Position numbers and translations under genes: made by a program
In this document: in pieces, positions 35,546-45,050 of the stretch
Numbering within the stretch: position 1 is the stretch's first letter
How the letters are laid out: every line of letters begins with the position of its first letter
The notes under the pieces: generated by a model
Seen by the model: only the letters and a program-made list of their open reading frames with translations
Database searches by the model: none
Told to the model about the DNA's origin: nothing
Source of the DNA: Promethearchaeota archaeon
GTDB lineage: Archaea; Asgardarchaeota; Lokiarchaeia; Sigyniarchaeales; SOKP01
DNA length: 64,000 bases
Direction of reading: 5' to 3'
Assembly (NCBI GenBank): GCA_048941285.1
Contig: JBHLNS010000004.1
Span: forward strand, 2,896-66,895

Positions 35546-35653
35546 ATGATTAATATGAGAAGGGAGGTAATAAAAGGACTTTTAATCGTGGGTATAATTA
35601 TTTTCTTAATTATGGGGGTGGTCTTCATAATTGGGTTCTCTATAATAGCCTGA
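35546..35653 (+). CDS. small hydrophobic protein (35 aa), ORF continues in frame beyond a TGA to 35761
   Basis: MINMRREVIKGLLIVGIIIFLIMGVVFIIGFSIIA-TGA-GHILIESPIPAIISFLVAGILIAVYVIFYRESKRK-TAG. A TATA-like element lies ~35-50 nt upstream. Confidence 0.35.
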   Translation: MINMRREVIKGLLIVGIIIFLIMGVVFIIGFSIIA

Positions 35654-36022
35654 GGTCATATTCTAATTGAATCTCCTATTCCTGCAATTATAAGTTTCTT
35701 AGTTGCTGGAATTTTAATTGCAGTTTATGTAATTTTTTATAGGGAATCTAAAAGAAAATAGAATCTATTTAATATTCAGGTTTAATCCGAGAAAAATGAT
35801 TCCAATAAAAAAATAGTAGTTATTGGATGATAATCCCTGCAAGGGAGTCGGGAAAATAAATTAAAGGGTAAATATTTAATATAAATTACTAGTTAATAGA
35901 AATAGTTCATTTAAATTCCGAGAGATATCCTTGAATTTTCCTCTCATTTTTAATAATTCTACATCTAGATTTTGCTTGAAGTAAAATAAAAAAGTAACTA
36001 GATAAATGTCTCTAACTAACCT

Positions 36023-36040
36023 AATTTTTCTTTAAATATG
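36023..36040 (+). promoter_or_regulatory. BRE/TATA-like promoter element
   Basis: AATTTTTCTTTAAATATG ends 20 nt before the ATG at 36060. Confidence 0.45.
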
Positions 36041-36059
36041 CACACTAATTTAATATTTC

Positions 36060-36458
36060 ATGGAAATAAATTCAATCAATACGGAACCTACGCCACATAT
36101 TATACATGAACTTGTAAAGTGTGGGATTTGCAGAGATGAGATTAAACGAGGAGCCTCGATATATCAGGAAGGGCTTACTTTCGGAGTTGTCTGTGAACAT
36201 TGCTACAAAAATAATTCGCAAGAAGACCTAGAGCTGATGGCAAATATTTTTCTGGCCTATGGAGGTTATTTTGGAAAGTTAAAACAGAAAAAATTTTCTG
36301 TATATAAGACAATAAAAAAGCTAATGGCGCAATTTCAGCCAGGTAAAGACTTGGATACCTTAATTGAGCTTAACATTAAAATGATGCATCAAGCACTTTT
36401 ATATGGGGTTACTCCTCAAGAACTCATTCACGGATTAAAAATTCTTCTAAATGAGTAA
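36060..36458 (+). CDS. hypothetical Cys-containing protein
   Basis: 132-aa ORF with CGIC...CEHC. A consensus TATA element 20 nt upstream suggests a leaderless mRNA. Confidence 0.5.
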   Translation: MEINSINTEPTPHIIHELVKCGICRDEIKRGASIYQEGLTFGVVCEHCYKNNSQEDLELMANIFLAYGGYFGKLKQKKFSVYKTIKKLMAQFQPGKDLDTLIELNIKMMHQALLYGVTPQELIHGLKILLNE

Positions 36459-36554
36459 TTTCTTTTTATTTTCCTCTTTTTCTTATTTTTGATTGAGAGA
36501 TAGACATAAATACATAATCGAAGATCAATTAGATAAAAATTATTTATTAAAAAT

Positions 36555-36773
36555 GTGAGATTTTTGAAAACCGAAATAATTTTTTTATCCAGAATGACTG
36601 AACAATTGCTCCACCATAGTGCTATGGAAACTAAAGAAGTTAAAATCAAAAAGAAAGATTTCTTTCAAGAAGCATTGCAATATATTGAACGACATATAAA
36701 TGCAACTGGATTTAAAGTTCTCAATGTTACATCAGCACAAGGAGGAATTGGATATTTTTTAATTAAAGAATAA
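36555..36773 (+). CDS. hypothetical small protein
   Basis: 72-aa GTG ORF (internal ATG at 36594) in the radA upstream region. It has no recognisable motif. Confidence 0.25.
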   Translation: MRFLKTEIIFLSRMTEQLLHHSAMETKEVKIKKKDFFQEALQYIERHINATGFKVLNVTSAQGGIGYFLIKE

Positions 36774-36902
36774 TAAAAATTATATCAAATTATATTTTTT
36801 TTTCTAAATGTTATATTCATTTCGATAACGATAGACATAGAAATTTCAATATTTTGGGTTTTTTTTATCTTTGATTTAATTTTTTATTTACTCTTCTTCT
36901 CT

Positions 36903-36918
36903 TTTTTCTTTAAATAGA
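36903..36918 (+). promoter_or_regulatory. BRE/TATA-like promoter element of radA
   Basis: TTTTTTCTTTAAATAG, ~58 nt upstream of the ATG at 36976. AGGAG lies at 36955-36959 in the predicted leader. Confidence 0.4.
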
Positions 36919-36975
36919 TTAAATCGATTTGGTATTCAATATAATTACATTAAAAGGAGTTGATAAAAAAGAAGG

Positions 36976-38202
36976 ATGGCAGATTTAGATCAAGTAAAAG
37001 CAATCAATTCCCGTCAGATAAAACTACTCCAAGAAAACGGTATAAGTACTGCAGAAGCATTAGCAATGAGTCCTCACTCTATAGTTGCTTCAATTGATGG
37101 TCTTGGAGAAAAGACCGCAAAAAAGTTAATCTGGAATGCTAGGAATGCATTAGGGATGACCGATTTTACTCCTGCTGCCAAAATAGATGATAATGTTGAA
37201 TACATTACAACAGGGTCCGCTGAATTAAATCGAATTTTAGGTGGTGGGTTTCAAACTGGAAAATTGACTGAGGTATATGGGCCATTTAAATCCGGAAAAA
37301 CAGCTTTAGCACATACAATAGCAGTTACAGTTCAATTACCTGAAAAGAAAGGTGGAATTAATAGTGCTGTTGCCTATATTGATACTGAAAATACATTCTC
37401 TAAAGAAAAAATCAAAAGAATAGCTAAACGATTTGAACTGAATCCAAAAGATGTACTTTCAAAGATTTATCACGCAAGGATCTACTCCTCAGATCATCAA
37501 GCTCAAATGATCCAAAAGGCTGAAACACTTTGTAAAACTCGTGGAGTCCGGTTAATTGTCATAGACAGCTTAATGGCTTTACTACGTGCTGAGTATGTAG
37601 GAATTGGTAGATTGGCTCCTCGTCAAGCAGTTTTAAATAATATGATTCATGGCTTATCACGTATAGCAGAGATATATAATTGCGCAGTTTTACTTACTAA
37701 TCAAGTAGCTACAAGAATGATGGGTATGTTTTCAGCTGATGATGCTATAGGTGGTAATATCCTAGCTCATGGTTGTCATTTCAGAGTAATGTTTAAAACA
37801 AAAGGATTCTCTTCTAATAGCTCACTCCAACGGAGGGCTATTATAGTTGACGCACCAGATCTACCACCAGACGAAGCTGAGTTCTATATCACAGGAGTAG
37901 GCGTTGCTGATACCGATAAAGTCGAACTTTCTGAATCTACAGGTTTAGATTTCGAAATTGAAACTCTATATGAAGAAAATGACTCTAAACAAGAAGTTAA
38001 TGAATCTGAAGAAGAGATTTCTCTATTAAATGTGAAAGGTATTGGTAAAGGGACTTTAGAAAATTTAAAGACCCGTGGGATTCTTTCTGTTTCAGATTTA
38101 ATAGCAGCAGACCCAGAAGAGCTCTCAGCAAGCATATCGGGAGCTTCGGCAAAGATGGTGAGTGAGTGGCAAACCAATGCTAGAGCACTAATTAATATTT
38201 AA
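36976..38202 (+). CDS. radA: DNA repair and recombination protein RadA with an extra C-terminal HhH domain
   Basis: N-terminal HhH domain (NSRQIKLLQENGISTAEALA...IDGLGEKTAKKLIWNARNAL), Walker A GPFKSGKTALAHT and Walker B LIVIDSLMALLRAEY. The core ends at ...FYITGVGVAD (aa 312). An acidic linker and a second HhH follow (VKGIGKGTLENLKTRGILSVSDL). Confidence 0.9.
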   Translation: MADLDQVKAINSRQIKLLQENGISTAEALAMSPHSIVASIDGLGEKTAKKLIWNARNALGMTDFTPAAKIDDNVEYITTGSAELNRILGGGFQTGKLTEVYGPFKSGKTALAHTIAVTVQLPEKKGGINSAVAYIDTENTFSKEKIKRIAKRFELNPKDVLSKIYHARIYSSDHQAQMIQKAETLCKTRGVRLIVIDSLMALLRAEYVGIGRLAPRQAVLNNMIHGLSRIAEIYNCAVLLTNQVATRMMGMFSADDAIGGNILAHGCHFRVMFKTKGFSSNSSLQRRAIIVDAPDLPPDEAEFYITGVGVADTDKVELSESTGLDFEIETLYEENDSKQEVNESEEEISLLNVKGIGKGTLENLKTRGILSVSDLIAADPEELSASISGASAKMVSEWQTNARALINI

Positions 38203-38348
38203 ATACTTGTTTTTTTATTCTTTTAACTTTTTTTTATGCAATTATTTAATTTTCAAACCATAAATCTTGACTTAGATATGCATATTATTTTTAATCCTAT
38301 AACTTCAAATTTTAATATTAAATAATCAACACCCTTAAGATTTGAACT

Positions 38349-38366
38349 ATTTTTCTTTTAAATAAG
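38349..38366 (+). promoter_or_regulatory. BRE/TATA-like promoter element
   Basis: ATTTTTCTTTTAAATAAG, ~32 nt upstream of the ATG at 38398. Confidence 0.4.
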
Positions 38367-38397
38367 ATAAAAGAAGAATTTAATGTGATAAAAAAGA

Positions 38398-38901
38398 ATG
38401 GGAACTTTAACTAAAGATGAAGTTAATGCTTTACCAACTCGATTTGATAAAGTGGCTTATAGTACTTTTTTCAAACTGTGGTATGCCTTGCAGAAAGCGC
38501 TTCCTGCTGAGAAGAAGGATGAAATTTTGACAAAGATTGGGCGAACTATTGGAAAAGAATTCAATGAAGAAGGCATTGAGACGCTTGAAGATTTTTTAAG
38601 ACGATTAAGGGAATTTTTAGAACAGGAATGGGCAATTACCGACAATGCAAAAGTAGATATAAAAATGGATGAGGAAGGAAATGCAACAAAAATTCTTGCT
38701 TACCAAGACAGTTGTAAAATGTGTTTTGCCAATACATATTACAGGTACCATGATTACGGAAGCCCTTCTTGCATGTTCCCACAAGTTATGATGGGAATCT
38801 TATCAAAGGTTAAAAATAAGTTTGGGTTTAGAAATCTACGATTTGAGGGGGTTGAAAAAGGCGGAGTTGGTGAATGTGCGATGCAGTGGAATGTTAGATA
38901 A
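38398..38901 (+). CDS. V4R-domain-like protein
   Basis: The C-terminal pattern SCKMCFAN...SPSCMFPQVMMGILSKV...GGVGECAMQWNV resembles the V4R (4-vinyl reductase) small-molecule-binding domain. Confidence 0.45.
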   Translation: MGTLTKDEVNALPTRFDKVAYSTFFKLWYALQKALPAEKKDEILTKIGRTIGKEFNEEGIETLEDFLRRLREFLEQEWAITDNAKVDIKMDEEGNATKILAYQDSCKMCFANTYYRYHDYGSPSCMFPQVMMGILSKVKNKFGFRNLRFEGVEKGGVGECAMQWNVR

Positions 38902-38938
38902 AAATTAATTTTACTAATAGAAGATTGGTTAAATAAGG

Positions 38939-39334
38939 TTATATCCATTCAATTTGTTTGTATTTATTTATTCCAATTTTTAATATATCTTCAATTTCCT
39001 TTAAGAGTTGGGGTGTAGTTTTATTTATATTAAAACAAGACTTTCCTTTCAAAAATTTTTTAAGATCTGAGCTGATTTTTGTGAATAAATCTGGGTGGGA
39101 ATAAATAGGTGAGAAATAAAGACTAACATAGTTCTTTTGTTTTATTACACCAGCAATATATGTCGGTTGTGGTTTCTTTCCGAATAAGCTAACTTCTTTA
39201 TTTCCATACATATGATAAGCTGGTTTTTGTTGTTTGGCTTGGGATCCGATATAATGGTTTTTTATTAGAAAGTTGCTGGAGTTTTTTTCCAGGATTTTTT
39301 TTATCTCTAAAAAGATATTTTCTAGTTTCTCCAT
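38939..39334 (-). CDS. DUF1801/YdhG-like small protein
   Basis: 131-aa ORF with pattern ...YVSLYFSPIYSHPDLFTKISSDLKKFLKGKSCFNINK... Confidence 0.4.
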   Translation of the reverse strand: MEKLENIFLEIKKILEKNSSNFLIKNHYIGSQAKQQKPAYHMYGNKEVSLFGKKPQPTYIAGVIKQKNYVSLYFSPIYSHPDLFTKISSDLKKFLKGKSCFNINKTTPQLLKEIEDILKIGINKYKQIEWI

Positions 39335-39418
39335 ATTAAAAAAGATTTAAGAATATAATTTAACTATTTGACTTTTATTTTATTTGGATTTGATATAAAA
39401 AATATATAGAATGAAAAA

Positions 39419-40423
39419 TTAAATTCCTGTGGTATTTTTCTTTTTCCGGGATACGATGATTAGCACAGGAATACTTACAGCACTTCCTACAAATACTATC
39501 ATACCTATTGTCCATTCAGTGGGAATTAATATGTCTATTCCTTCATTTGTATTGTTTCCTGGAACATCTGGAGGTGGATCTTCATCATTCGGATCATTAT
39601 CATCAGCAATCCGATGTCTCTCAACGACTGCGAAAGCAATGTTAACATTCGGAACTTGGCAATAAATCGTAATATTCATGATGTAAAGACCCTCTACACT
39701 AGTACCAAATCGATATACTAAGATTCCAAGAGACTCATTTCTATAAATTTTGTATGGTATTCCTATAGAACTCACTATATCATGTGCTATTACAACAAAA
39801 TTGCTAAGCTTTATTGAGATGGGAGAAACTCTCTGAAAATAAAATTTGTAATACCAATTGCTTTTTAGTGTTGTATTAAAAACAATATTTGTTTCATTTT
39901 TAAATTTTCTCACATCATAATAGTTTATCTTTTGTTGTTCATCACTGGGCATAATATCATAAAGACATTTGATCCCTTGTTCAATTTTAATATGTATATT
40001 AAGATTCTCAGTAAGGATTGCCTTGAATATAATGGTATAATTCCCTGTGAGAGCTGTTCCAAATGGGGTGGTTCTGTAATCATCTTGTATCATGTTTGTC
40101 TCATATGTAATTTCATAGGGATCATCTTCAGGATCAATTATTGTTATATTCATATCGCATATATGAGGTGTCACGACACCGACAATGATGTCATAATAAA
40201 AAGGTTTCTCGAAGAAAATAATTTCATTGAATATAAGAATTGGGTCTTCCACTGTGAAATTATATACTTTATCAGTAAGAATATCACCAATAGAACTGGT
40301 ATGAAGTTCACTAATTTCACTTAATTTTCTTGAATTATTGAGAAAGTTGGGAAAAACTATTGAAATACCAGAGAATAATAAAATCAAGGAAAATAAAATT
40401 ACTTTAGACCGCTTAATATCCAT
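39419..40423 (-). CDS. cell-surface protein (N-terminal signal/anchor, beta-rich ectodomain, Pro/Asp linker, C-terminal TM anchor)
   Basis: MDIKRSKVILFSLILLFSGISIV... at the N-terminus and DDNDPNDEDPPPDVPG...WTIGMIVFVGSAVSIPVLIIVSRKKK at the C-terminus. Confidence 0.6.
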   Translation of the reverse strand: MDIKRSKVILFSLILLFSGISIVFPNFLNNSRKLSEISELHTSSIGDILTDKVYNFTVEDPILIFNEIIFFEKPFYYDIIVGVVTPHICDMNITIIDPEDDPYEITYETNMIQDDYRTTPFGTALTGNYTIIFKAILTENLNIHIKIEQGIKCLYDIMPSDEQQKINYYDVRKFKNETNIVFNTTLKSNWYYKFYFQRVSPISIKLSNFVVIAHDIVSSIGIPYKIYRNESLGILVYRFGTSVEGLYIMNITIYCQVPNVNIAFAVVERHRIADDNDPNDEDPPPDVPGNNTNEGIDILIPTEWTIGMIVFVGSAVSIPVLIIVSRKKKNTTGI

Positions 40424-40730
40424 ACACCTTTAGTTCAGTAAATTCAGAAATTAATTCTTTTACCCTTTTACATTTATCGTAAGAAACGCAGTTAAAACAT
40501 GGCTGATCAGTCCAAAAATATGCCTTATGGTCTTTCTTATCAATAATCAAGATCGGGAATCTGCTTCTAGGGCAAGTTAGGGCAGAATTACTAATAGCAC
40601 CCCGTTTTGGTAAAGCATATGATACTCCACAGATCTCGCATTTTGCATATCGCTTATAATTTTGAGTTTTAAAAATAGAAATCGTACAATCACAATTTGG
40701 GCAAATCCCAATCTCATCTATTTTTCGCAT
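40413..40730 (-). CDS. Cys-rich zinc-ribbon protein (topoisomerase-type zinc-finger-like)
   Basis: CPNCDC...CEIC...CP...CFNC...C. It overlaps the downstream gene by 11 nt. Confidence 0.45.
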   Translation of the reverse strand: MRKIDEIGICPNCDCTISIFKTQNYKRYAKCEICGVSYALPKRGAISNSALTCPRSRFPILIIDKKDHKAYFWTDQPCFNCVSYDKCKRVKELISEFTELKVYGY

Positions 40731-40845
40731 ATCAATTATTAAATGTGTATAATAGTTTGAATAGAACTAAATCATGTTTATTTAAAGAAAAAAAATCTCA
40801 TCCGGATTTTTTGTTTATAAAGATCAAATAATAATATTTGATAGT

Positions 40846-41064
40846 ATGTTATTCGATTATTTTGATGGTATTGCAGAAGCGATAGAGTTCCTAGTGGCAT
40901 TAGGCTCAATAATCGGAATGCTTGGACTAATTGTGGGAATAATTGGTTGGCTGTTTTTGGGGCAATTCCAGCGTCATAGGATGATAGGCGTCATTATAGT
41001 ATCTATTATCTTGTTGGCCATATGTGGGATCCATACAGGAATTAGATACTTTCGGATATACTGA
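40846..41064 (+). CDS. small two-TM membrane protein
   Basis: 72-aa ORF with two clear hydrophobic helices. Confidence 0.45.
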   Translation: MLFDYFDGIAEAIEFLVALGSIIGMLGLIVGIIGWLFLGQFQRHRMIGVIIVSIILLAICGIHTGIRYFRIY

Positions 41065-41597
41065 TATTCTTTTGACCATCAAGAAATTAAGCAGATACCT
41101 TTTATATTCCGGATTATTTATGAAAGAATAACTATTTTTCCTTTTCTTTTTAAGAGGGTATATAGAAAGTCTAGTACAAATCATTAACAATTCCAAGCAA
41201 GAGATAATTAAAAAAGATGTTCGAATAATTTATTTCGTTGTAAAGAAGTAGATCAAAATATTTGACAACCAGATCACCTTCACTAAAAGACCTATGAATT
41301 TTAAACCAAGGAATAAAAAAAGAAAATAGAATGTATAAATATCCAAAATTATTGGAAATTGTTAAATATATATGATGGCATATTTTTTTATTTTTCTCCA
41401 TAAAAAATCTTCTCTAGTATCAATTTATTGGTTATTGAAGTATATCTCTTAATTTAGACCAATTTTTTGTATACCTTAATTCACTTTTCTTCATAAAAAT
41501 AGATTTTTTTGACGCTTATTAAGATTTTTTTGTTCAAACTTTTGAACACATATTTAGAGGTATAATTATTTATACTAACATTGATATTTTACCTATA

Positions 41598-42068
41598 ATG
41601 AAATCAAAACTGCAATTGGTGATTCCCCTGCTATTAATTGGGGTTTTTACATTAATACCTAGTATTTTAATTAATATTGAGGGTATTGCTGATAAATCTA
41701 TTAATTTTGAAACAATTGCACAAGGATGGAATTCAGATTATACAACTCATGAATATATAGTTATAGACTCTCAAGTATTATGGGTAAAAATTTGGGATCA
41801 AACGTTTTCATCAATTCAACCTCAACCAGAAACACCCTATATTGATTTTACACAAAACAGTGTAATCGCTGTATTTTCCGGTTTTAAGCCAACGGGGGGT
41901 TATTCCATAAATATCACAAAAATTAGAGTAAAGATAACTTCTGTTTATGTATATGTTGAAAATATTTCCCCTCCTCCAGAAGTAGAAGTTCCTGCTGTAA
42001 TAACATTTCCATATCATATAATAAAAACACAAAAACTCTTTCTAAATATTATTTTTCAACGTATTTAA
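41598..42068 (+). CDS. exported PrcB-C-terminal-domain-like protein
   Basis: Signal/anchor MKSKLQLVIPLLLIGVFTLIPSIL and the motif VIAVFSGFKPTGGYSINITKI typical of the PrcB C-terminal domain. Confidence 0.5.
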   Translation: MKSKLQLVIPLLLIGVFTLIPSILINIEGIADKSINFETIAQGWNSDYTTHEYIVIDSQVLWVKIWDQTFSSIQPQPETPYIDFTQNSVIAVFSGFKPTGGYSINITKIRVKITSVYVYVENISPPPEVEVPAVITFPYHIIKTQKLFLNIIFQRI

Positions 42069-42169
42069 TTTAATTAAAAAGAAAACAGTGTAGATATTAT
42101 GATATGAAGCGAATTTTGTTTATTAAGCTTGAAATGATATTAAAAATCAATATAAGAATTAAAAATTAT

Positions 42170-42661
42170 TCACGTTTTTAACAATAAATGATATCCACTT
42201 CCACCTGAAGAAGTAGAATCGCCTATTAATATTCCAAAGAAATCCAAAACTGATCCTGTACACCAGCAACCAATCCATAACAGTGCTACTCCGATAATAA
42301 CATTTCTTGCCCAGTGTAGACTTCTTGTAAATATTCCTACAAAACCCACTAGCATAAGAATTCCACCAATCATTATAGAAAAGGTTCCTATTCCATCAAT
42401 AAGTATTGAAAAAAGCCCACCAATTTGAAATCTCCAATTCAACCCAAAAATTGGAAAAAAGATGAATACAAATAATAAGATACAGAAGAATATTGCTACA
42501 ATCCACCTCGATTGTTCGTATTTTGGCTTTACAATATATCTTGTGTCATAAGAATGTTTTTTTGAAATTTTAAGAACACCTTTTTTTATTGATATCCTTT
42601 TTGAAACTGAAGTTGAGTATATATAAAGGAAAAAGTGTATACAATAATAGCTCATTTTCAT
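42170..42661 (-). CDS. membrane protein (4 TM)
   Basis: 163-aa ORF with Gly-rich hydrophobic helices. Confidence 0.5.
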   Translation of the reverse strand: MKMSYYCIHFFLYIYSTSVSKRISIKKGVLKISKKHSYDTRYIVKPKYEQSRWIVAIFFCILLFVFIFFPIFGLNWRFQIGGLFSILIDGIGTFSIMIGGILMLVGFVGIFTRSLHWARNVIIGVALLWIGCWCTGSVLDFFGILIGDSTSSGGSGYHLLLKT

Positions 42662-42768
42662 TTAAAAAGAATTGATTAAATGAAAGCAATAAATCAGATG
42701 GTGAAATAAAAATTCCCATTAAATTTCCAATAATCTTAATTTTTTACATAGATGATGATAGTTTTATA

Positions 42769-43080
42769 TTGCCAGTTTTCATATTATTAGTTATTACATA
42801 TCTATTCATGATTTTTAATCCAAATATGCCTTCAGAATTTCGCTGTCCTAATTGCCAATCCGATGAGTTTATTGACTATGGAGAGCTTATTGAATGCGTT
42901 CAATGTGGTTTTGAATTTTTCAAAGAAGTCTTAGACCATGATATTGAAGAGGAAAATATTTTGTCTGATCAAGAATTAGAAAGTCTGGCAGAAACATTTC
43001 AAGGAGAATTTAAAGAAGAAAAGGATCGCGAAAGATTCTTAAAATCAATTGATGATGATCTCAGAGATCTTCAGGACTAG
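42769..43080 (+). CDS. zinc-ribbon protein with acidic C-terminus
   Basis: CPNC...CVQCG. The start is ambiguous (TTG 42769, ATG 42808 or 42826). Confidence 0.45.
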   Translation: MPVFILLVITYLFMIFNPNMPSEFRCPNCQSDEFIDYGELIECVQCGFEFFKEVLDHDIEEENILSDQELESLAETFQGEFKEEKDRERFLKSIDDDLRDLQD

Positions 43081-43167
43081 ATTAGCTTTACTATTTAATT
43101 AAATAATCTTTATTCAAATAACAATATCGATTTTTTCAATTAATTATCTTTAATCTGGTTTTATCAT

Positions 43168-43188
43168 GTTTTTTTCTTTTTATACAAC
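43168..43188 (+). promoter_or_regulatory. BRE/TATA-like promoter element of fen
   Basis: GTTTTTTTCTTTTTATACAAC. The TATA core ends ~24 nt before the ATG at 43209, which suggests a leaderless mRNA. Confidence 0.4.
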
Positions 43189-43208
43189 TATTTTATAATT
43201 GATAAGAT

Positions 43209-44303
43209 ATGGGTGTTAAATTACAGAATCTTATTTTAAGAAAGGTTATTGAATTTCAAGATTTAAATGGGAAGATTGCGGCAATTGATGCTCCAAACAT
43301 AATTATGGGATTATTTAATTTTGCTGTGAAGAATCAAGATAATCTAAAAACAGGATTAATATTAGATCGAACACAACGACCAATTTCTCATCTATATGGT
43401 CTTCTGTATCGAGTTAATTTCTTTTACTCAAAGAATATTTTCCCGGTATTTTGCTTTGATGGAAAGGTTTCAGAACTTAAAAAAATAATAACAAAAGATC
43501 AATTACGGGATTTCATATTTACTCAGAACTGGTATAATGAGGCATTGAGAACTGGGAATAAAATCTTAGCTAGAGATATAGCACTAAGTAAGGAATATAT
43601 GTGGCAGAACATTATCAAAGAATCAAAACAACTTATTGGTGCGTTAGGTGTTCCCTATATAGAATCTCCCGCATCAGCAGAATCTCAATGTGCCTATTTA
43701 GTGAAAAGAGGATTGGTTGATTATTCTAATTCACAAGATTTTGATTCTCTCTTATTTGGATGTCCCTTATTAATCCAAAATCTTTCAAAATCATTAAGAA
43801 GGAAAATTCAAGGAAAGTGGCATTATCATAAGATACAACCCGTTGTTATTGATCTACAAAAGAATTTAAAAAATTTAGGTATTTCAATATTTCAATTAGT
43901 TGATATTGGAATATTAATAGGTACAGATTATTTTCCTGGTGTAGGTGGTATTGGATCAAAAAAAGCATTGAGTCTTGTTAGAAAATACAAATCTCTTGAA
44001 AAAATTATTCTAAAAGAGTATAATAAGTATGATTTTGGTCAATTAAACCCAGATCTTATTAAAAAAGTAAGAAAAATCTTTTTATTCCCTAATGTTAAAG
44101 GAAGAATTGATAACCTTTTGTGGAATCCCCCTAATAAAACAAGAATAAATTCATTATTGTGTGAAGAACATCATTTAAATAAAAGCCGTGTAGAAAAAAA
44201 TCTTGAACAATTTGAATTGAATTATAAGAAATGTAGAAATTATTTCATACAATATAAAAAACAACCAAAAAGACTCCAAGTTACATTAGATAATATCCCA
44301 TAA
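43209..44303 (+). CDS. fen: flap endonuclease 1 (FEN1)
   Basis: MGVKLQNLI...GKIAAIDAPN, HLYGLLYR, FCFDG, ESPASAESQCAYL, SQDFDSLLFG and H3TH GTDYFPGVGGIGSKKAL. A TATA element ends ~24 nt before the ATG. Confidence 0.9.
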   Translation: MGVKLQNLILRKVIEFQDLNGKIAAIDAPNIIMGLFNFAVKNQDNLKTGLILDRTQRPISHLYGLLYRVNFFYSKNIFPVFCFDGKVSELKKIITKDQLRDFIFTQNWYNEALRTGNKILARDIALSKEYMWQNIIKESKQLIGALGVPYIESPASAESQCAYLVKRGLVDYSNSQDFDSLLFGCPLLIQNLSKSLRRKIQGKWHYHKIQPVVIDLQKNLKNLGISIFQLVDIGILIGTDYFPGVGGIGSKKALSLVRKYKSLEKIILKEYNKYDFGQLNPDLIKKVRKIFLFPNVKGRIDNLLWNPPNKTRINSLLCEEHHLNKSRVEKNLEQFELNYKKCRNYFIQYKKQPKRLQVTLDNIP

Positions 44304-44319
44304 TTTTTCCTTTAAATGT
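44303..44319 (+). promoter_or_regulatory. BRE/TATA-like promoter element
   Basis: ATTTTTCCTTTAAATGT. Its position argues against the TTG at 44326 and for the ATG at 44410. Confidence 0.4.
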
Positions 44320-44409
44320 AAAATCTTGACAACGCTAACTCCTTTTTTTTATTTAAATAATCTCATAATTATCATAATAATAAGATTCAGCTTTAGCATC
44401 GAGGAAATC

Positions 44410-45018
44410 ATGACTCAGACACTAAAAAAGGAAATATTTGATACAGATAATATAAGTGATTACTATAAAAAGTATTATAAGTCTCAAAATAAATTTAAAC
44501 CGATTGTGTTAAACTATGTATTCCGAAATATCTCTTTTATTACAAAAAAGGAAAAAATTCGAACCATTACTCACTCTGAGTATAAAGAAATAAGTATCTG
44601 TTTAAATATCCCTATTATGCTTATTCACAAGGTAATCAGTGAATATTTAATTAACTTGTTAAGGTTCAAAAAATTTCTCAATAAAAATCCAAATTTACTT
44701 CATATTAAAGAACAGAAACACTTTATTAATATTCTTATTCATAGATTCTATCGACTAGCTCCTGTTTTTGACTATAAAAGGGCAAAACAAAATGCAAAAA
44801 TCCTTCAAATAAAATTAAATAAATTGTTTTTCTGGCCACAATTAATGACTCAATTAGCAATTATAATATTCGTAACTGATTTATTCGATAAGCAAAATTC
44901 TCAAAAAATAATTCAATCTAATTTAAGAGCTTTATGTAGTTGTTCTGCTTATGCATTTCATAGAACCAGAAATAAGCTGGGTTTAACCTCGAAATTTGCC
45001 AAAAGCTTAACAGCATAG
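44410..45018 (+). CDS. hypothetical helical protein (possibly cyclin/TFB-core-like)
   Basis: The ATG at 44410 with GAGGAA 5 nt upstream is preferred to the TTG at 44326. The C-terminal LAIIIFVTDLFDKQNSQKIIQSNLRALCSCSAYAFHRTRNKLGL is faintly TFIIB-repeat-like. The call is weak. Confidence 0.4.
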   Translation: MTQTLKKEIFDTDNISDYYKKYYKSQNKFKPIVLNYVFRNISFITKKEKIRTITHSEYKEISICLNIPIMLIHKVISEYLINLLRFKKFLNKNPNLLHIKEQKHFINILIHRFYRLAPVFDYKRAKQNAKILQIKLNKLFFWPQLMTQLAIIIFVTDLFDKQNSQKIIQSNLRALCSCSAYAFHRTRNKLGLTSKFAKSLTA

Positions 45019-45050
45019 TTTATGAATAACAAAGAATAATTTGAAAGAAA

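Noticed and set aside
35835-35845. GC-rich hairpin CCCTGCAAGGG as a SECIS element for the in-frame TGA at 35651
   Set aside because: The stem is only 4-5 bp, and I could not build the conserved internal-loop features of archaeal or eukaryote-like SECIS elements around it. It is kept only as something to test.
37884-38177. 97-aa ORF antisense to the radA 3' extension
   Set aside because: I considered it as an alternative explanation for the long radA ORF. The + frame, however, encodes a recognisable HhH module homologous to the RadA N-terminus, so the sense frame is the better reading.
39932-40324. 130-aa ORF on the + strand
   Set aside because: It is antisense inside surface-protein gene 39419..40423, which has a coherent signal/ectodomain/anchor architecture. 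The + frame has no such logic.
40927-41401. Two - strand ORFs (40927..41196 and 41171..41401) in the 41.06-41.6 kb gap
   Set aside because: The first overlaps the better-supported two-TM ORF 40846..41064. Both are low-complexity with no upstream promoter-like element that I could place, so the region is left unannotated.
44326-44409. N-terminal extension MTTLTPFFYLNNLIIIIIIRFSFSIEEI of ORF 44326..45018
   Set aside because: The TTG at 44326 lies only ~7 nt after a consensus TATA element, so it is probably not transcribed. The ATG at 44410 has a GAGGAA site upstream.
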